The notes: generated by a model not told the origin, from the sequence alone. DNA of 64,000 bases from Candidatus Bathyarchaeia archaeon (GCA_050013255.1 JBEKFP010000002.1:672001-736000), one strand, 5' to 3'; positions 29,661 to 39,856 are shown, counted from the stretch's first letter. Numbers and translations: made by a program.

Positions 29661-29746
29661 CTAAGGAGCAGGTTGTTGTGATCGCATTTACGATAACAGC
29701 AATCGCTGTGGTGTCGGTTATTCTGCGTGCGCTCTTGACGAGGTAG
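29657..29746 (+). CDS. 29-aa single-TM microprotein (not in ORF track)
   Basis: MTKEQVVVIAFTITAIAVVSVILRALLTR*; ATGA overlap with ctaA stop. Confidence 0.6.
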   Translation: MTKEQVVVIAFTITAIAVVSVILRALLTR

Positions 29747-29752
29747 CTGAGG

Positions 29753-30646
29753 CTAGCTCGAAGCGGAAGGAACGCTTTCCGCTGAGCTTGCTAGCAAGGC
29801 CAGCAACTCTCTCATTGAATCAACTGAAAGATGCAAAATCCCGATCCTTACATCCACGCCGTTCTTTACATTGCCTTCCAGCAGCTTCCTGCTCAACTCA
29901 TATGGTCCAGCCAAATACACTGAGCGCATTCCTTTCCTATCCTCCCTCCAAGCTGTAACGCCTTCTCGTTCCATTCGGAACATATCGTAAATCTCGTCGG
30001 ACAGATGACGTTCGTATTCACCGCTCGACGACCTCGTAAAGTCTCCCACTTGCATTTCCAAGGACTCCGGTAATGTCGGGTTGGACGCGGTAGGGACTTT
30101 TACTAGCGGCGTTACATTTTCTTGGTAGAGTTTGGGCTGGGCGAGAGGAACAGACAACTTAGCTTCCTCTTGTGAACCAAGCCGGCCTATTGAACCGAAT
30201 ATTGTGTACGATAGTACGCCGAAGGTTACGAGCAGGATTTCAACCCACCAGCGTGCTTCGTTGTATGTGGAACGGATGAATACTTGAAGGACTAGGTCCG
30301 CGGCAGAGAACAGGCCGAGAACTGTGAAGGAATACCCAATATACTCTATGTTTCTGTAGAAGCTTGATTTCGGAGGCGTTTCTTCTTCCACAATTGTCTC
30401 GACACCCACATCCGGCCGTGTCAAAGTGGACGGGGCAATTGGCGGCGCTACTGAAACAGGTCTAAGCAAATAATACAGTGAAGCGAAAACTGCAACCGAC
30501 CCTCCGGCAATGAGGTTGGCTCCGAGGAATTGCGAAGTGAGCTGCCGTGCTCCTGGAAAACCCCCGGCAACGAAACTGAAACCATAGTCAATCAAAACAA
30601 AGCCGCAGGCGAAGCCAAGAAACTCGTAGATCCGACGGGAAACCAA
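29753..30646 (-). CDS. Hypothetical membrane protein (4 TM + soluble C-domain)
   Basis: 297-aa ORF filling the gap between cox genes; no motif recognised. Confidence 0.7.
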   Translation of the reverse strand: MVSRRIYEFLGFACGFVLIDYGFSFVAGGFPGARQLTSQFLGANLIAGGSVAVFASLYYLLRPVSVAPPIAPSTLTRPDVGVETIVEEETPPKSSFYRNIEYIGYSFTVLGLFSAADLVLQVFIRSTYNEARWWVEILLVTFGVLSYTIFGSIGRLGSQEEAKLSVPLAQPKLYQENVTPLVKVPTASNPTLPESLEMQVGDFTRSSSGEYERHLSDEIYDMFRMEREGVTAWREDRKGMRSVYLAGPYELSRKLLEGNVKNGVDVRIGILHLSVDSMRELLALLASSAESVPSASS

Positions 30647-30771
30647 GGATATTCGAGCTTTGCGAAAAGTAAACGGTAGCTAATAAGAATACGATTTGAG
30701 CGGGCTGTATTGATTCGGCAGGCCTTTACCGAAAATTTATATTTCATGCAGCTGGGCTGGGCGGAGGGCTC

Positions 30772-31626
30772 ATGAAAATGGGAACCGACGCGGAGACTTC
30801 GCCGGCGCAGTTAGAAGGACATGTTCCAGAGTATTTGGAACACAGCGCCTGGCCGGTACTCATCGCCCTTGCGACCGGGGTGGCACTTACTGGCCTCTTC
30901 TTCCTATTCAAAGGGCTTGTCTTGTTAGCGGGGATCCTGATGATGTTATCATTCGGTGCGGTTCTTGTGGGGTTTCTTTACAGCGAGACCAAGAACTGGG
31001 CCTCTGCAATTAGCAAATCTCTGCCCCGGCTCCCGCGAGACACGGTCCTCGGGCCGTTCCCAGTCGACATTAGCCTGACTATCCAAATCATCATTCTAAC
31101 GGAGCTTCTTCTTTTCGGAGGCGCGTTTGGAATGTATTTCGCCATCAGACTACAATTCCCCTTCTGGCCCCCTGCTGGGGCACCAATCTTGGACGACTTC
31201 ATCGCACGCATCCAGACCCTCATATTGATCTCAAGCAGCGTTCTTGTGGAATGGGCGGTTTGGCAGCTGAAGCTGGGCAGGCAGAGAGCCTTCAAAGCGG
31301 GAATTCTCGGAACCACGATTCTAGGGAGCCTTTTCCCTATTCTCCAATTCGGCTTCGAATGGCCGCACTTGATACTCAACCACATACTAACCCCGGCAAC
31401 CGGATTCTTCGGAGCAACCTTCTTTCTACTAACGGGAATTCACGGGGCGCACGTAGTCGCGGGCGTAATCGCATATGTCTATACTGACATTCGTGCGTTC
31501 ATGGGGCAATATTCCCCGAAGAACCATGGCTTTGTTGAGGCTACCTCAACCTACTGGCATTTTGTACATATAATCTGGCTCGTCCTCTTCGCATTGATGT
31601 GGCAGGGGAGTCGACTCTTAGGTTGA
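30772..31626 (+). CDS. coxC: Heme-copper oxidase subunit III
   Basis: HSAWP, TELLLFG, LISSS, FFLLTGIHGAHV, YWHFVH. Confidence 0.93.
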   Translation: MKMGTDAETSPAQLEGHVPEYLEHSAWPVLIALATGVALTGLFFLFKGLVLLAGILMMLSFGAVLVGFLYSETKNWASAISKSLPRLPRDTVLGPFPVDISLTIQIIILTELLLFGGAFGMYFAIRLQFPFWPPAGAPILDDFIARIQTLILISSSVLVEWAVWQLKLGRQRAFKAGILGTTILGSLFPILQFGFEWPHLILNHILTPATGFFGATFFLLTGIHGAHVVAGVIAYVYTDIRAFMGQYSPKNHGFVEATSTYWHFVHIIWLVLFALMWQGSRLLG

Positions 31627-32099
31627 AGCTAGAGGACTTCGGGACGTTCGTAATTTTTACCGCTATCTACGCTGCAGGCACTTTGGGGCTTCCGAAAATT
31701 CCACTACTCGCATATCAGATTAAGATCGGGGAAATGCCAAGCGCTTTTGTTGCGATTTTCGGTATGCCAGCTGTTTTCGGATTGACGCTCGGCCAATTCG
31801 TAGCAAACCTTGGTGTGGAAGCATCGCCGATCGCATCTCTATCCCCGCTGTTCTCGTTCATTGGTCTACTGATAATCTATTACGCCCGCAAATTCAGCAC
31901 TCTTGCAGGTTGCATGGCCTACGTAACCATAACCTCGCTTTGGCTAACCTTCCTATTGCCAATGAATTCCGGCATATCGATGACCGAGGCCGGCTACTCA
32001 GCGTTCATCGACCAGTTCATCGCGGTCATCATAGGCTATTGTGCATACGTTTTGGTTCGCAAAACGATGTTCCCCAAGGCACAGGCCGCAAGCAATTGA
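31623..32099 (+). CDS. QueT-family transporter (ECF S-type)
   Basis: AIYAA.T, QIKIGE, GLTLG.FVANL; TTG start overlaps coxC stop. Confidence 0.75.
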   Translation: MKLEDFGTFVIFTAIYAAGTLGLPKIPLLAYQIKIGEMPSAFVAIFGMPAVFGLTLGQFVANLGVEASPIASLSPLFSFIGLLIIYYARKFSTLAGCMAYVTITSLWLTFLLPMNSGISMTEAGYSAFIDQFIAVIIGYCAYVLVRKTMFPKAQAASN

Positions 32100-32172
32100 G
32101 GAAACGGTGCCCTTCGAGGGCATCCTTACATGGTCATCTTACAGGCTACTGGTGATTCTGGAAGAGAAAAAC

Positions 32173-33366
32173 ATGGTTAAGCCTTTAGAAGGAATTCGCG
32201 TTCTCGATGCCTCACGAGTTCTAACCGGTCCATTCTGCTCCATGATTCTTGGAGACCTTGGGGCCGAGATTATTAAAATCGAGATTCCAGGCGCAGGAGA
32301 CGACACAAGGCATTGGGGCCCACCGTTCATTGGCGGTGAGAGTGCATATTTCCTTTCAATCAACCGGAACAAGAAGAGCGTAACTTTGAATCTTAACAGC
32401 GACGCTGGAAAAGAGGTCTTCTACGAGCTTGCGGCGAAATGTGACGTTCTCCTAGAGAACTTCCGGCCCGGGGTCACAGAGAAACTTAGCATCGACTATT
32501 CGACAATCGCTAAAATCAACCCTAACCTGATCTATTGCTCAATCACCAGTTTCGGCCAGACTGGAGAATACAAGGAGCGATTAGCATACGATATTGTCGT
32601 ACAGGGGATGGGGGGCCTCATGGGAATTACCGGCGAAGAAAGCCGGCCCCCGGTCCGAATCGGTGTGGCCTTATCTGATATTGGGGCTGGAATGTATGCG
32701 ACCATAGCGATACTAGGCGCGATCATCGCTCGCCAACGCGTTGGCGGTGGCCAATGGCTAGACGTCTCACTGTTAGACAGCACGATTTCGTGGATGACAT
32801 ACATGGCCGGAGACTATTTCGCCACCGGCCATAGCCCAGAAAGAATGGGGTCGGCACACCCCAGCATAGTGCCCTACCAGTGCTTCAAAACCAAAGACAA
32901 TGAATTTGTCACGATCGCAATCGGCAACGACAAACTATTCCGAGAATTCTGTGCGACAATTGGGATGCCGAATCTCGCTGATGAGTCAAGGTTCGCAACA
33001 AACCCTGCCCGCGTGCAGAATAGGAACCAATTGGTGCCAATACTCGAGAAGGCCTTTGCCGAGAAGACAAGGCAAGAATGGCTGAAGGTCCTGCTTGATG
33101 CCAGGCTGCCAGCTGGCCCAGTATACTCAATGGAAGAAATCTTCTCCGACACTCATGTCCAACACAGGGAAATGCTCCAAAAGATCCGACATCCTAAGGC
33201 CGGCATCATTAATCAGATCGGTATCCCAATGAAGTTTTCCCAGACCAAATCTGAAATCAGATCCCCACCCCCCCTTCTCGGTGAACACACCGATGAGGTC
33301 TTGCGCACATTGCTAGGTTACAATGCCCAACGCATCTCTGAACTGCACGCGAAAGGTGTGGTCTGA
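32173..33366 (+). CDS. CaiB/BaiF family III CoA-transferase
   Basis: PLEGIRVLD, GAEIIKIE, NRNKKS, ENFRPG, PPLLGEHT. Confidence 0.96.
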   Translation: MVKPLEGIRVLDASRVLTGPFCSMILGDLGAEIIKIEIPGAGDDTRHWGPPFIGGESAYFLSINRNKKSVTLNLNSDAGKEVFYELAAKCDVLLENFRPGVTEKLSIDYSTIAKINPNLIYCSITSFGQTGEYKERLAYDIVVQGMGGLMGITGEESRPPVRIGVALSDIGAGMYATIAILGAIIARQRVGGGQWLDVSLLDSTISWMTYMAGDYFATGHSPERMGSAHPSIVPYQCFKTKDNEFVTIAIGNDKLFREFCATIGMPNLADESRFATNPARVQNRNQLVPILEKAFAEKTRQEWLKVLLDARLPAGPVYSMEEIFSDTHVQHREMLQKIRHPKAGIINQIGIPMKFSQTKSEIRSPPPLLGEHTDEVLRTLLGYNAQRISELHAKGVV

Positions 33367-33419
33367 AGTCAGCGCAGTTTTTTATTTGAGCAAGCCTCTC
33401 AGCTCAAGAGGCGACGCTA

Positions 33420-33866
33420 GTGCATCTTGAAGGCACTTACATTTTGAATAGACCACGAGAAGAAGTCTGGCAATTCATATCGAAACCAGAGGAGATTGCC
33501 AAGTGTCTTCCCGATCTGCAGAGCCTCGAGGTTAAGGACTCAAAAACCTTCACAGTGAGCGTAAAGGTTGGAATCGCATTCGTTCGTGGCAGTTTCAAAT
33601 TTGATTTCACCCTACTTGATCAGAAGCCCCCCTCGCACTCAAAATTCGAGGCAGTTGGGAAGGGAGCGGGCGTCTCAGTTCGATTAACCGCAAGCATGGA
33701 CCTAAACGAAATCGACGCGGGTACTACGGAATTGGCGTGGAAGACTGATGCCGAGCTTGGTGGCTTGCTAGGTGAAATTTCCCCTAGCCTCATTCAGAAC
33801 AGCACAAACAAGTTTACAATGCAATTCTTCGACTGCGTCAAGTCTAAGCTTGAATCCACGAAATAA
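33420..33866 (+). CDS. CoxG/SRPBCC-family protein
   Basis: MHLEG....PREEVWQF..P..IAKCLP, GGLL. Confidence 0.85.
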   Translation: MHLEGTYILNRPREEVWQFISKPEEIAKCLPDLQSLEVKDSKTFTVSVKVGIAFVRGSFKFDFTLLDQKPPSHSKFEAVGKGAGVSVRLTASMDLNEIDAGTTELAWKTDAELGGLLGEISPSLIQNSTNKFTMQFFDCVKSKLESTK

Positions 33867-35036
33867 CTATCGATATGCCTCGTATTCCTTCCCTAAGACG
33901 GCGGATGCAATTTTCAATTTCATAATCTCGTCCGTTCCTTCATAGAGCCTGCATACCCTCACATCCATCAGGTGCCTCCCGGGTCTGAATAAGTAAGAGA
34001 AACCTCGACCCCCGAAGACTTGCACTGCCCTATCCGCAGCGTCCCAAGCCGCATTTGAAGCATAGAACTTGCCTTCAGCAATCAACCGGTCAGCGTAGGC
34101 GCGAACCTTAGCGTTCGTCGGGTCTGCGTCATAGGCGTTCTTGGCGCGGGCAGATTTGTAGACTAGGCACCTTGCAGCGTCAAGTTCTGTTCTGACCATT
34201 GCAATATGTTCCTGTATAAGTTGATGTTTTGCAATTGGCTTTCCGTGCTGGCTTCTTTCCTTAGAATATCGCACTATTTCATTTAGGCAATCGGCAATAA
34301 CACCGAGGCAGCCTGCGGCCACGCTCAAGCGACCGCTCATCAGAGTGGACATAGCAATCTTGAAACCGTCTCCCTCCTTGCCCAACAGGTTCTGTTTCGG
34401 TACGGGATAGTCATTCAATTCGAAGAGGGCAGTGTTGGCTGTTGGCATGCCCAGCTTCGTGGTCAAATCCTGCCTTAGAATCCCTTCCTTGTCAGTGTCG
34501 ACTATGAAGGCGCTTACGCGGCCTCCGGCCTTAGGGTATGCGAAGGTCACGATGGCATGGGCGATTCCCGCGTTGGAAATTAGGTACTTCACGCCGTTCA
34601 AAACGTAGTGACCTGCCTCTTCTTGATATGTCATTTTCATTTCAAGCGGGTTGCTGCCAGCCTCAGGTTCCGTTAAGCCGAAAGCGAGAATTTTCTCCCC
34701 CTTGGTTGATGGAGGGAGGTAATGGTTACGTTGCTCTTCGTTTCCCCACGTTTGAATTGGAACTTGGCCGATTGAGGTGTGGCCTGAGAAGAAGGTTCGA
34801 ATGCCAGTGCCCTCCATTCCGATTCGATCTAAGGCTCTCGTGTACGTCACCGAGTCGGCTCCGCGGCCTCCGTACTCCTTTCGGATAGGAATACCGAGAA
34901 GGTTGTACTTTCTGCAAAGTGGGATTAGCTGCTCATTGAAAGTATGTTCAATATAGCAGACTTCTTCAACGGGCCTAAGTTCCTTGCAGAACTCAGCCAC
35001 GTCACGTAAGAGCGATGCTTGTTCTTCCTTGTCCAA
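33867..35036 (-). CDS. Acyl-CoA dehydrogenase
   Basis: AFGLTEPEAGS, NGVKYLISNA, GRLSVAA, VQVFGG, YEGTDEI. Confidence 0.96.
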   Translation of the reverse strand: MDKEEQASLLRDVAEFCKELRPVEEVCYIEHTFNEQLIPLCRKYNLLGIPIRKEYGGRGADSVTYTRALDRIGMEGTGIRTFFSGHTSIGQVPIQTWGNEEQRNHYLPPSTKGEKILAFGLTEPEAGSNPLEMKMTYQEEAGHYVLNGVKYLISNAGIAHAIVTFAYPKAGGRVSAFIVDTDKEGILRQDLTTKLGMPTANTALFELNDYPVPKQNLLGKEGDGFKIAMSTLMSGRLSVAAGCLGVIADCLNEIVRYSKERSQHGKPIAKHQLIQEHIAMVRTELDAARCLVYKSARAKNAYDADPTNAKVRAYADRLIAEGKFYASNAAWDAADRAVQVFGGRGFSYLFRPGRHLMDVRVCRLYEGTDEIMKLKIASAVLGKEYEAYR

Positions 35037-35219
35037 TTCTTAACCCACGGATATGACTATTGGACTATTGAACCCCTGAGCGCCAATATAGTTTCTCCAT
35101 GACCATCTTACTGAGTCGCCTTCACAACTTCTTGCGGGTGCCTCAACACCGCCAACTAGCTCTTTACATATGACATCAGCAATTTCACGAGTTACAAATA
35201 CAGCTTGGAAGCAGGCATA

Positions 35220-36290
35220 ATGGGAAAGATTCGCGTTGCAATCGTCGGCGTAGGCAACTGTGCCTCCTCCTTAGTTCAGGGCGTAGAATTCTACAAGGAT
35301 GCCAAGGAAGATAAATTCGTTCCAGGATTGATGCACGTTAGGTTAGGGGGCTACCACGTCCGTGATGTAACCTTCACCGCCGCCTTTGACGTCGACAAGA
35401 ACAAGGTTGGGAAGGATTTAGCGGAGGCGATTTACACGAAACCCAACAATACGATCAAGTTCAGTAGTGTTCCGAAGCTCGGCGTTGAAGTCCAAAGAGG
35501 GATGACACATGATGGCTTAGGAAAATACCTGAGCAAAGTCATAGAGAAGCACCCTTCTCACACGGTAGACGTTTCCCACGTCTTGAAGGAGACGAAAACC
35601 AACATCCTCCTCAACTATCTTCCCGTTGGCAGTGAGTTTGCGACGAAATGGTATGTGGAACAGGCGCTAGACGCGAGATGCGCAGTCGTCAACTGCATCC
35701 CAGTCTTTATCGCGAGGGAGAAGCGTTGGCAGCAAGTGTTTGAGAAACGCGGCCTTCCAATAATCGGAGACGACATAAAGTCACAGGTCGGCGCAACAAT
35801 TGTTCACAGGGTTCTTACTCAACTGTTCAAGGACCGAGGGGTCAAACTTGAACGCACCATGCAGCTCAATGTGGGCGGAAACACAGATTTCCTCAACATG
35901 CTCGAACGCGAGAGGCTGGAAAGTAAGAAAATCTCAAAAACAGGCGCGGTGACTTCGGTACTTGACTATAAGATGAACCCCGACAATGTTCACATTGGCC
36001 CGAGCGATTATGTGCCCTGGCTGCTCGACCGCAAGTGGGCTTACATTCGTTTGGAAGGGACAACATTCGGAAACGTCCCACTCAATATCGAAACCAAGCT
36101 TGAAGTCTGGGATTCCCCGAACAGCGCGGGCGTCGTAATCGATGCCATCAGGTGTGCCAAGTTGGCATTGGATAGGGGCATCGGCGGCGCACTGAAGGCG
36201 CCTTCAGCATACTTCATGAAATCACCACCAGAGCAATACCCCGACGACGCGGCAAGGCGTATGCTCGAAGAGTTCATCAAAGGCCGATAA
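35220..36290 (+). CDS. ino1: Myo-inositol-1-phosphate synthase
   Basis: [41 protein letters not shown]. Confidence 0.97.
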   Translation: MGKIRVAIVGVGNCASSLVQGVEFYKDAKEDKFVPGLMHVRLGGYHVRDVTFTAAFDVDKNKVGKDLAEAIYTKPNNTIKFSSVPKLGVEVQRGMTHDGLGKYLSKVIEKHPSHTVDVSHVLKETKTNILLNYLPVGSEFATKWYVEQALDARCAVVNCIPVFIAREKRWQQVFEKRGLPIIGDDIKSQVGATIVHRVLTQLFKDRGVKLERTMQLNVGGNTDFLNMLERERLESKKISKTGAVTSVLDYKMNPDNVHIGPSDYVPWLLDRKWAYIRLEGTTFGNVPLNIETKLEVWDSPNSAGVVIDAIRCAKLALDRGIGGALKAPSAYFMKSPPEQYPDDAARRMLEEFIKGR

Positions 36291-36329
36291 GGCCGGACTA
36301 GGGCTATCGAAGCGATGGCTGCAAGATAT

Positions 36330-36980
36330 TCATGAAATTAACGTGAGAGCTGCTGCCATAGCGCCGTGATCGGCTGTTACCCTGTCGGTAGCGCTGCTCA
36401 AGACAATAACGTCTCCCTCTCCCGGGCTAAACGATTTTTTCAAATCTTGGAACAGCGGATCATCACTGGTCAAACTCCACTCCTCGTTTTCACTCATTGG
36501 CATCGAAAATTGTCGACCTTGAAATACGAGTGTACAAGCTCCAGTCGCACCCGACCGTATGGCCGCGTCTCTTTGCTCGATACCTCTCTTCACCAGGTGC
36601 CCTACATGCCTTACCAAGACAGCCGCACTAACTTTGTCGAGGGCGAGCTGCTTAGCATCTATTATGGAAACCTTCGAAACTTTCGACCTCAGTGAATTGT
36701 AGAGTTGTACTCCACGCTTCGTTAGCACGCATCCACCTTTCGCGATATTGATAATGTTGGCCTGCATCAGATGCTTAATGATTGTACGTATTGTGCCTTC
36801 GCCGATCCCTAGTCTCCTTGAAAGCTCAATTCTCCCAATCTGGCCTTCATCACCAATTGTTAGAATTGCCTGTGTTACATCAACGTGTGTGAACGCAGGA
36901 GCTGGCCCTGGACTTGGTAGTCTAGAAAGCGCTTGCAGCGTGTTGAGGACTTTTCCGGAAGCCATTCGATCCAATGCCAC
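36330..36980 (-). CDS. Winged-HTH protein of DUF4443/DUF2111 type
   Basis: GRIELSRRLGIGEGTIRT, EQRDAAIRSGA.GA. Confidence 0.85.
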   Translation of the reverse strand: MALDRMASGKVLNTLQALSRLPSPGPAPAFTHVDVTQAILTIGDEGQIGRIELSRRLGIGEGTIRTIIKHLMQANIINIAKGGCVLTKRGVQLYNSLRSKVSKVSIIDAKQLALDKVSAAVLVRHVGHLVKRGIEQRDAAIRSGATGACTLVFQGRQFSMPMSENEEWSLTSDDPLFQDLKKSFSPGEGDVIVLSSATDRVTADHGAMAAALTLIS

Positions 36981-36983
36981 CGA

Positions 36984-38180
36984 TTACAATTTGGTTCTGA
37001 CTGCGGGCTTGGATTTGGGTTTCTCAGCGAATTTCCTAAATCGCCGCCTAACGTCTTGCAAGGTTGTATCCTTCTTGCAGTAAGCTAAGCGCACTTTCTT
37101 TCGCCCCAGATCTTTATCGTGGCAGAGAGCGTTGGCTGGCAAAACGGCTACTCCGATTTTTTTCAGAAGATAATCGCTGAATTCTTCGTCGTCTTTGAAT
37201 GCGTCTGGAACGTTCACTAGAATGTAGTAAGCGCCCTCTGGCCGCTGGTATTGTAGCCCGGCCTCATCGAGAATTTTCATCATCATCCGTCGCTTTCTAT
37301 CGTAGGCTTCTCTGAGCCTCTCATAGTACGAGGATTGGAAGTTCAGGGCAGTCACAAGCGCCTCTTGCAATGGAGTCGGTGCGCAGATGGTGAAGTAATC
37401 GTGAACCTTTCGGAGGGCATCAGTAAGTCTTGCGTCCGCTACAGCCCAACCAACTCTCCAACCTGTGACACTGTAGGTCTTTGAGGCACTACCCACCGTT
37501 ACAGTTTGTTCCTGCATGCCACTCAAGGACGCTAAGCTGATGTGCTTCTTCCCGTCGTAAACTATGTATTCGTATATCTCGTCCGTAATTGCGATTGTTT
37601 TATTTTCTTGACATAAGTCAGCAATTAGCTTCAACTGCTCTTTGTCCACGACCTTTCCTGTTGGGTTGTTTGGTGTGTTTAGAACGATGAGTTTTGGATG
37701 CTTTTCCATAGCGCTCTTCAAGCTCTCTTCGTCAAGCGCTTGATCCCTCCGGGAGAATGGGACATAGATTGGTTCGCAGCCCGCCAAAATCGCGTCGGGA
37801 ACGTAGTTTTCGTAGAATGGGTCGGTGATGATTATGCGATCGCCTGGGTTGGTTAAGCCGAAGACAGCGGCCGCTAGGGCTTCGGTTGAACCGCAGGTGA
37901 TTGTAATGTTCTTTTCAGGATTGGCTTCAATCCCGTTGTACTCCCTGACTCTGTTAGCCACCGCTTCCCTGAGGCCCCCGTGCCCCCATGTAGTAGCATA
38001 CTGATTTGACCCACGTCGTATGGCTTCAACGGCGGCTTCAATCAGATTTGGAGAAGGGTCGAAGTCTGGCATGCCCTGACTGAGGTTGATGGCTCCGTAC
38101 TGCTCACTGAGCCGCGTCATTTCACGAATAACGGATTCGGTGAAGGACTTGAGCTTAGTCGAAGCCGCCAACAAAACCAC
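36984..38180 (-). CDS. PLP-dependent aminotransferase class I
   Basis: ESVIREMTR, INLSQG.PDF, TPNNPTG, DEIYE, SKTYSVTGWRVG. Confidence 0.95.
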   Translation of the reverse strand: MVLLAASTKLKSFTESVIREMTRLSEQYGAINLSQGMPDFDPSPNLIEAAVEAIRRGSNQYATTWGHGGLREAVANRVREYNGIEANPEKNITITCGSTEALAAAVFGLTNPGDRIIITDPFYENYVPDAILAGCEPIYVPFSRRDQALDEESLKSAMEKHPKLIVLNTPNNPTGKVVDKEQLKLIADLCQENKTIAITDEIYEYIVYDGKKHISLASLSGMQEQTVTVGSASKTYSVTGWRVGWAVADARLTDALRKVHDYFTICAPTPLQEALVTALNFQSSYYERLREAYDRKRRMMMKILDEAGLQYQRPEGAYYILVNVPDAFKDDEEFSDYLLKKIGVAVLPANALCHDKDLGRKKVRLAYCKKDTTLQDVRRRFRKFAEKPKSKPAVRTKL

Positions 38181-38224
38181 TCATCCGGAATGATGGAGGA
38201 CTGTAGGTTTAAAGTCAATCATTC

Positions 38225-39793
38225 CTAATCTCGCCCAATTGAATCCGACTGAGTCCGACTGAATCTTTTTCGAACGAACCAGGCCGCGATAGCCACCACT
38301 AGGAGGGGAATCAGGACCAGTAGAGTTGGGTACCCCAAAAACGGAGCAGGAACCGAATTCGCTGGTGTCACATCGACCTGTACCATACTCGACACTCGGA
38401 CTGCCCCGGCGTCTATCCCGATTGCGAGCGTGTAATTGCCAGGGTTCACTTTGCTTGAGACCTTTACCTCCGCTTGCCCAAGTTTAGATTGGCCTTCAAG
38501 CGAAGGGTATGGGTTGGGAGAGAAGGTTACTCCAACTTCACTGGGCATGTATGATGACCAAGAATACGAGAAGGTCCCGTTACCGGCAACTACTGAAGTA
38601 ACTTTTGTTGAGATTGTGAGGGTAGCCTCTTCTCCTGCAGCCACGCTCAAATTGACTTCGGAAATGGCAAGAGAGAAAGGCACCATTGGCCCAGCGTGTA
38701 AGACTCCAATGTTGTTCGCGCTCCACTCTGTGAACCATATGTCGCCATTGGGGGTTTGAGCAATCCAAAGAGCCGTACTGATGGGCCCAGTTGGAATAGG
38801 AAACTCGACCATTGTATTTGTGCTTGGGTCAAAGTATCCAATCCGGTTTCCCCAATGCTCGGAAAACCATACTCTTCCACGGCCGTCAATTAACAGGCCA
38901 TTTGGTATCGCTATCCCATACGAATACCCAGAGGGCGCCGTCGTAGGGTAGCGCCTCAACGCCTTCGAAACAGGATTGAATTCGGCTATCCAGTTGCCGC
39001 CGTGGTCCGCGAACCAAACGTTCCCATCTTGCCCTATCGCGATTCCAACAGGCGATGAGATGAATCGCGATGGATCGTTTGTCGAGAGATGGTATTCGAC
39101 GAAGCTCCTAGTTGTAGGCTGGAACTCCGCTACAGATTCGTTATAGGCCTCTGTAAACCACAGGTTTCCTCGATTGTCGAAGGTTAGGTCAGCTGGGCCT
39201 GCGAAGTATGAAGGGACAGGATATTCTTGAAGCTGATTTGAAAGTGGGTCGTAAACACCTATCTTGTTACCTAGCAACTCTGTAAACCATATCCGACCGG
39301 CTTCATCTGTGACGAGCCTGAAGGGGAAAGACCCTTCGGAGGCAATGTCTACAATTGTGAAGTTTTCGGTTCTTGGATCAAAGCGCAGTAGTCGTCCATG
39401 GCCTCCACCGACAATGACCCCACCTGGGTTCACGGACCCCTTGCCAGCGTATTGTGCCAACCAAACGTAACCATTCTGATCAACCGTCATGCCCCACATG
39501 TCGCCGACCCCCGGTACTGGATATTCTTTGAAGGTGTTGGTTGCAGGGTCGAACCTCCCCAGTTTGGTTGCGTTTGATTCAGTGAACCAAACGATGCCGT
39601 TTTTGTCGGCAGTTATAGCGAGCGGTGCAGAGTTAGGCGTCGGAACTGCATATTCGTCAATGTATTTTGGTAGGCCGCTAGACGCCATCGCTGGGGTTGT
39701 AGAAGAGAGAACAACGGTTAGGAGAAATGCAAGGATAATTATGCCACTGGCCCGATGAGAAACGTATCTTTCGGCCCTGTTGTCTCGCAACAA
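38225..39793 (-). CDS. Secreted, membrane-anchored Vgb-like beta-propeller protein
   Basis: Repeated G.vWFtE...N.IG.FDP blades; signal peptide; C-terminal TM + RKR. Confidence 0.85.
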   Translation of the reverse strand: MLRDNRAERYVSHRASGIIILAFLLTVVLSSTTPAMASSGLPKYIDEYAVPTPNSAPLAITADKNGIVWFTESNATKLGRFDPATNTFKEYPVPGVGDMWGMTVDQNGYVWLAQYAGKGSVNPGGVIVGGGHGRLLRFDPRTENFTIVDIASEGSFPFRLVTDEAGRIWFTELLGNKIGVYDPLSNQLQEYPVPSYFAGPADLTFDNRGNLWFTEAYNESVAEFQPTTRSFVEYHLSTNDPSRFISSPVGIAIGQDGNVWFADHGGNWIAEFNPVSKALRRYPTTAPSGYSYGIAIPNGLLIDGRGRVWFSEHWGNRIGYFDPSTNTMVEFPIPTGPISTALWIAQTPNGDIWFTEWSANNIGVLHAGPMVPFSLAISEVNLSVAAGEEATLTISTKVTSVVAGNGTFSYSWSSYMPSEVGVTFSPNPYPSLEGQSKLGQAEVKVSSKVNPGNYTLAIGIDAGAVRVSSMVQVDVTPANSVPAPFLGYPTLLVLIPLLVVAIAAWFVRKRFSRTQSDSIGRD

Positions 39794-39856
39794 TGAAAAC
39801 GCGCCACGAGCACACTCTCCGATGACTAAACAAAGCTTACTGTGAAAGATGTCTGG

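Noticed and set aside
33420-33866. Aerobic CO dehydrogenase locus inferred from coxG
   Set aside because: No coxL, coxM or coxS in the window
17679-39793. AAC(3) and Vgb homologs as an antibiotic resistance island
   Set aside because: They are 20 kb apart with no mobility genes; family membership alone does not show resistance
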